Source of the DNA: Sphaeroforma arctica JP610
Taxonomy: Eukaryota
Length of the DNA stretch: 40,204 nt
NCBI RefSeq assembly: GCF_001186125.1
Contig: NW_014040089.1
Location: forward strand, 29,919 to 70,122
Direction of reading: 5' to 3'
Each line of letters opens with the position of its first letter. The stretch's first letter is position 1. The notes under the pieces are model-generated. The model did no database searches and was not told the origin of the DNA. It saw nothing but the letters and a program-made list of their open reading frames with translations. The translations under genes were made by a program, and so were the position numbers. Shown here piece by piece: positions 35,941-40,204 of the stretch.

Positions 35941-36892
35941 TAAAATAACTCCCTTTTGAATTCACACGTTTCGTGTTAATTTTGGTTGTTGACCGTTATG
36001 TGGCCTCCGTTGTAAAGTGTGTGGTAGCTGAGTGCAGTTCCTTGGGCTTGATTAGCTCGCACTGATGTTCGCTTTGACACCTGGATTTATGCGGAGGGGT
36101 TTGTTGATAAACTTAGGTTTATGTTGGTTGATTTGTTATAAGCTGGGGTTCTTGTGTAGATTTTGTTCACCGTGTTGTCAACTGTGTTACAGTCGTCAAC
36201 CTAGGATTGAGATTTTAGATGCGTCTCGTGTTCGAGTACCGAACTGCTGTATTTCCAACTAATTAGTGTTGTGCGAATATATTTACTCTTCGGTATAGGT
36301 AATTTTTGCATAGCACCTTGACTCTGAGTCCTATGTTTGTTTTATTCGCATATATCCTTCTCTATACACTTTTTTTACATAGCTGTGCTTGTGTACTACC
36401 TGATAGAGGTTACTACTATATTTTGTCTTAGATCACTAATAAGTAAAATGAGTACATGCTACACATGCGTGTGAATGTATCCATTGTGTCTGACATGTGC
36501 ACTGATTTGTATTCGATACTGACACGTCCGTGTATTGCAGAACCTTCATGATCGTCTTTGTATCTATCTCTCATGTGTGTCGTATCATGTATCTATGAAG
36601 TCCGTCTCTGATATTATTATTCCGTCTTACGATGTGTCTGGATCAATGAATATCCATGTATCATAAATGTATATCTATATTTATTGTTACTTTTGAATGT
36701 CTACTTCTCTGTTTCATAGGTAAGTAATTTCTAGACTCCTGTAATTGAGATGTAATGTCTGTTTTTGTTCATGTGTACCCTATGATATGGATAAGTTTTT
36801 TCCGCCCTTCTATTGTTGAGGTGAAATATGGGCTGTTAATGTGTTTGCTTCCTTACACCATCCATGGATTTTAGATATTACGTGTTTAGTAA

Positions 36893-37135
36893 TATACACA
36901 TGTGCTATATTTACACATGTGTCTCCCCAACCGCTTTGTAGAATGTATATGTATAATTTAATTTATTTTATTCGTAGATGTCAACATGTTTCCTTCTTTA
37001 GTTTATACTTGTAAAGTACACATGTGCTAAATGCACACACGTATATCCTCCTACAGCTTGGTAGGATATATATGGATATCTTTTTGTATTTTATTCGTAG
37101 ATGTATACATGTATCCTTCCTTAAATGCGAGAAGA
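36893..37135 (+). repeat. Degenerate ~122-bp tandem duplication
   Basis: acacatgtgcta and tttattcgtagatgt...catgt.tccttc each occur twice ~122 nt apart. Confidence 0.6.
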
Positions 37136-38820
37136 GATTTTGCTTTCCTTGCTAATCCATTTTTTCTTCATTGTATGTGTGTATACGTAGACGTCATCAG
37201 CATGTGTAGATACATGTACTTCTTTGTTATTCCTTGATATTTCTATATCTTTTTACTTGTATTGGGATTATTGCTTGATCAATACTGTAATATATCTTTT
37301 TTGAACAGTACTACTATGTATTTCTGTTGTGAAGATTGAGTTGCCTTGTTCTGTTATGAACTTCAGCAATTGTGTATGTTAATTCTACTATGTATCAACT
37401 GCATTTATCAGCCGCATTCGACAGCCAATGGGAAGTTATCAACTGTTTCCATGTATCTATTATACAATGCAAGTAAAAATACCCTTTCATATCTCGTTAC
37501 TATAGATATGTTGTTTACTTCGTTATACGTGTGTCTGATTAACCACTTATGTTGTTCATAGTACGTTTATTTATACATGTGATACACTTGGATTAACACA
37601 TACACACTTCTCTTCAACTTCGGTACATACACTTTTCTCAATGGGTATTCCATGCATGTGAAGGCATGTGTTCTTGACATGTACTTGACAGGCTGGCCAT
37701 GTGCAGGTTAGAATAGTCTCCCAGGATGTTCGCATTTGCAGTTGTAGTTCTGTTTATTTATAACTGCGTATTTCAACTACTACTTGTACTTGTACGTAGT
37801 TTTACCGACCTGTCCGCCATTGTTGCACTTATAAATCTAAGTACTCCAATCTTGTAAGTGATCACAGTTGACATTTTTGTAAAATTTCAGCGCCCCAACA
37901 TATAATCTCATCACAGGTGACACACTTGTCACTCTGGTTTGCACAGATATATCAATGTATGTATGCATACCTTCCGGGATACCTAGTTACTTACCTTTGT
38001 ATAAAAATAAAACTGAGACCTTTTGCTTAATTTGTGTTTGCCGTTGGCTTTGCTGAACTGTCAGGCCGGAGAGTGTCGGAGACACTATCAGCGGAGCCAG
38101 ACAGAACGGCGCAGCCGGACAGAACACCAGGGCTGTTCGGCAACCCTGATGCCCGTCGATGTTATATTTTATTGGAATTAAGTGAGATGGGAATCTAGCA
38201 TATCTAAAGTAATGGTGTCGGTGGGTGGGTTTTCTTTAAGGCACTGGTGAATACAAATTGAACCAGGCTAACGGTTGTGGCTAATTCTGGTGTAGGAATG
38301 ATTATAGCTACGCGTATATATACACACTTTGGCGGCTATACGCCTGTGCGTATATGTCTATCAGTCCTTCATAACCAGGGTTGTGGTAAAAAAACCCCTC
38401 AGATCGGAAAAATCCCTTAATTAGTCTTGGAGTTTTACCTCTGTTACAACCCTTCGGGGAAAAACTGCTAAAAAAAAATACTTGCTGGAATATGTTAGGT
38501 ACGAGCGACACTTGATCTTTCTTCTCAGAGAAGAAACTCCTTCTTTTCTTCTCAGTTCTCTTTATCGATTGAGCAGCCTCTTTGGCACGTCTTGATCCTT
38601 GATTTCTGGCAGTAATCCTCTTTTTGTTAGAACAGCACTCCTTGTTATCCCTGATCCATGATCTTCGGCTGTGGGCGAACTTCTTATGTTTATGTTCTAG
38701 TTTAGGTATGTCCCTTGATAGGATTCATTAATTCACGACCCCTTCTGTGTACTACGCGTGAGTGTAACAGAGATTAATCATCCCTCTTACTCGACTGACC
38801 ATAGTAAAGATATTGTTAAA

Positions 38821-39073
38821 AATGCAGAGTTTGAGAGCAACTGAAAAGATACGACCAAAGAAAATAATAGACCTCTTTTCGAGTGCGAATCTCTAAGCTA
38901 GATGAAGTCCTACGCTGAAAGAACTTTATTTGTGGTTTGTATTTCTACACTGGACTCAAATTCTACTTGAGTATTATATCACACGCACGAATCCCACTGT
39001 CATCTACCGGTAATACCGCTATATCCCTGATAACTATAAAATCAGGAATTTCGGATCTGGACCCCAAAACTCA
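38821..39073 (+). repeat. Dispersed repeat, copy 2 (copy 1 at 23267-23534)
   Basis: Collinear similarity to 23267-23534. Confidence 0.75.
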
Positions 39074-40029
39074 GTACTTGATAATCCTGTAAGCGCAAAG
39101 CAGCGGCAATTGTGGACACGTGCTCAATCTCTGAGGAGATGTACATTCAGAGCGACGAACTAGCAAGAGCGTGAGCGAAAGGGTTCAAGGAATCGCTTCC
39201 CAAAGAACATTTTTTCAAGTTGAAACAGATCCGGTGGAACTGTTGCCGCTGAACGAAAAAGACAAGCTGGCAGTGGACAAGCTGGGCGAGAAGATGCAGC
39301 GGAAACGAATTTTGTTGAGATTGAATCCTTGTTCGGTGTTTGGTGTGGAAGTGGGGAGTGATGTCCTCGAGTGCATCGTTAGGTACACGCATGTGTTGTT
39401 TGCGCATACGAATGGCTGGATGATATTGTACGCAGATTATGGGGTTTCAGGGGCGGCATGAAAGAGAGATGTGATTCTGGCCGCAAGAGCTGTAAGGCGC
39501 GTCAGGCAGTCGGTGGTGAAGCCAGCATAGCAAAGTGTGCTGCAACAGCTGATGCGCCCTGAAAAAGCCACGCGTACAAAGTGATCATGGCACGGATTTT
39601 GATACTGTCAAGAGTCAGTCTATGGTGCTGACGACAGTGGATACGCAGACAAGGATGATGATTGCGAGAGTAAAGGAGCAGGTGTTGGCGTGGGGATTGC
39701 CGGCTCGATTGGGTATGAACGCTACCAAAATTTCAGAGAGGGGACGTCACGACATTCTGTAAATGAAGGAATATATATCCTCACTGGGTATCGGTGGACA
39801 ATCATCATAGCAATGAACGGCCGGAGACAACGATCCGCCCGATGAAGGATTGGCTGCGTAGAGTAGAAATTGAGGCGAATATAGTCGCCTCGTACCTGGC
39901 TGCACGTGATCTACGATATGATGAGGGTATATCAGGTCTTCGGAGAGACTGACGCGTTTAAAAGACAAGTGTCGAACGGCTTTGCTTGTATTTGCGCAAT
40001 TAGCGTTCTGTAGGAAGCAACACATGATA

Positions 40030-40110
40030 TCATACATATATATATATATAAATATAAATATATAAATATATATGTATCCACATTTACACATACATATATA
40101 CATATATATG

Positions 40111-40181
<71 letters not shown>

Positions 40182-40204
40182 ATAATAATTAATAATATAA
40201 TATA
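40030..40204. repeat. (TA)n microsatellite at window end
   Basis: Directly visible. Confidence 0.95.

Overview
Eukaryotic genomic DNA with spliceosomal introns, microsatellites and a 20-N gap at 7684-7703. The taxon cannot be fixed from the sequence; the style suggests a unicellular opisthokont, which is inference only. Bases 529-7317 (+) carry at least 8 GT-AG exons of the RNA Pol II elongation factor IWS1/Spn1. They splice into one 486-aa frame, and the start exon is unresolved. The remaining ~32 kb contain no recognisable host gene and form a nested graveyard of decayed transposons. These are: a THAP + P-element-superfamily transposase pseudogene (-); a ~9 kb chromodomain-bearing Ty3/Gypsy element with two ~630-bp LTRs and a solo LTR inserted in its RNase H; an inverted gag relic and an LTR relic of a sister family; a near-identical 472-bp duplication inside unidentified intronless ORF relics; tandem retropepsin relics; a Copia remnant; and a second Gypsy remnant with a tRNA-Ala-like PBS. 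The most notable signal is that the large Gypsy element has no tRNA PBS. In its place is an 11-12 nt sequence perfectly complementary to a conserved motif inside its own LTR, as expected for Tf1-type self-primed reverse transcription.
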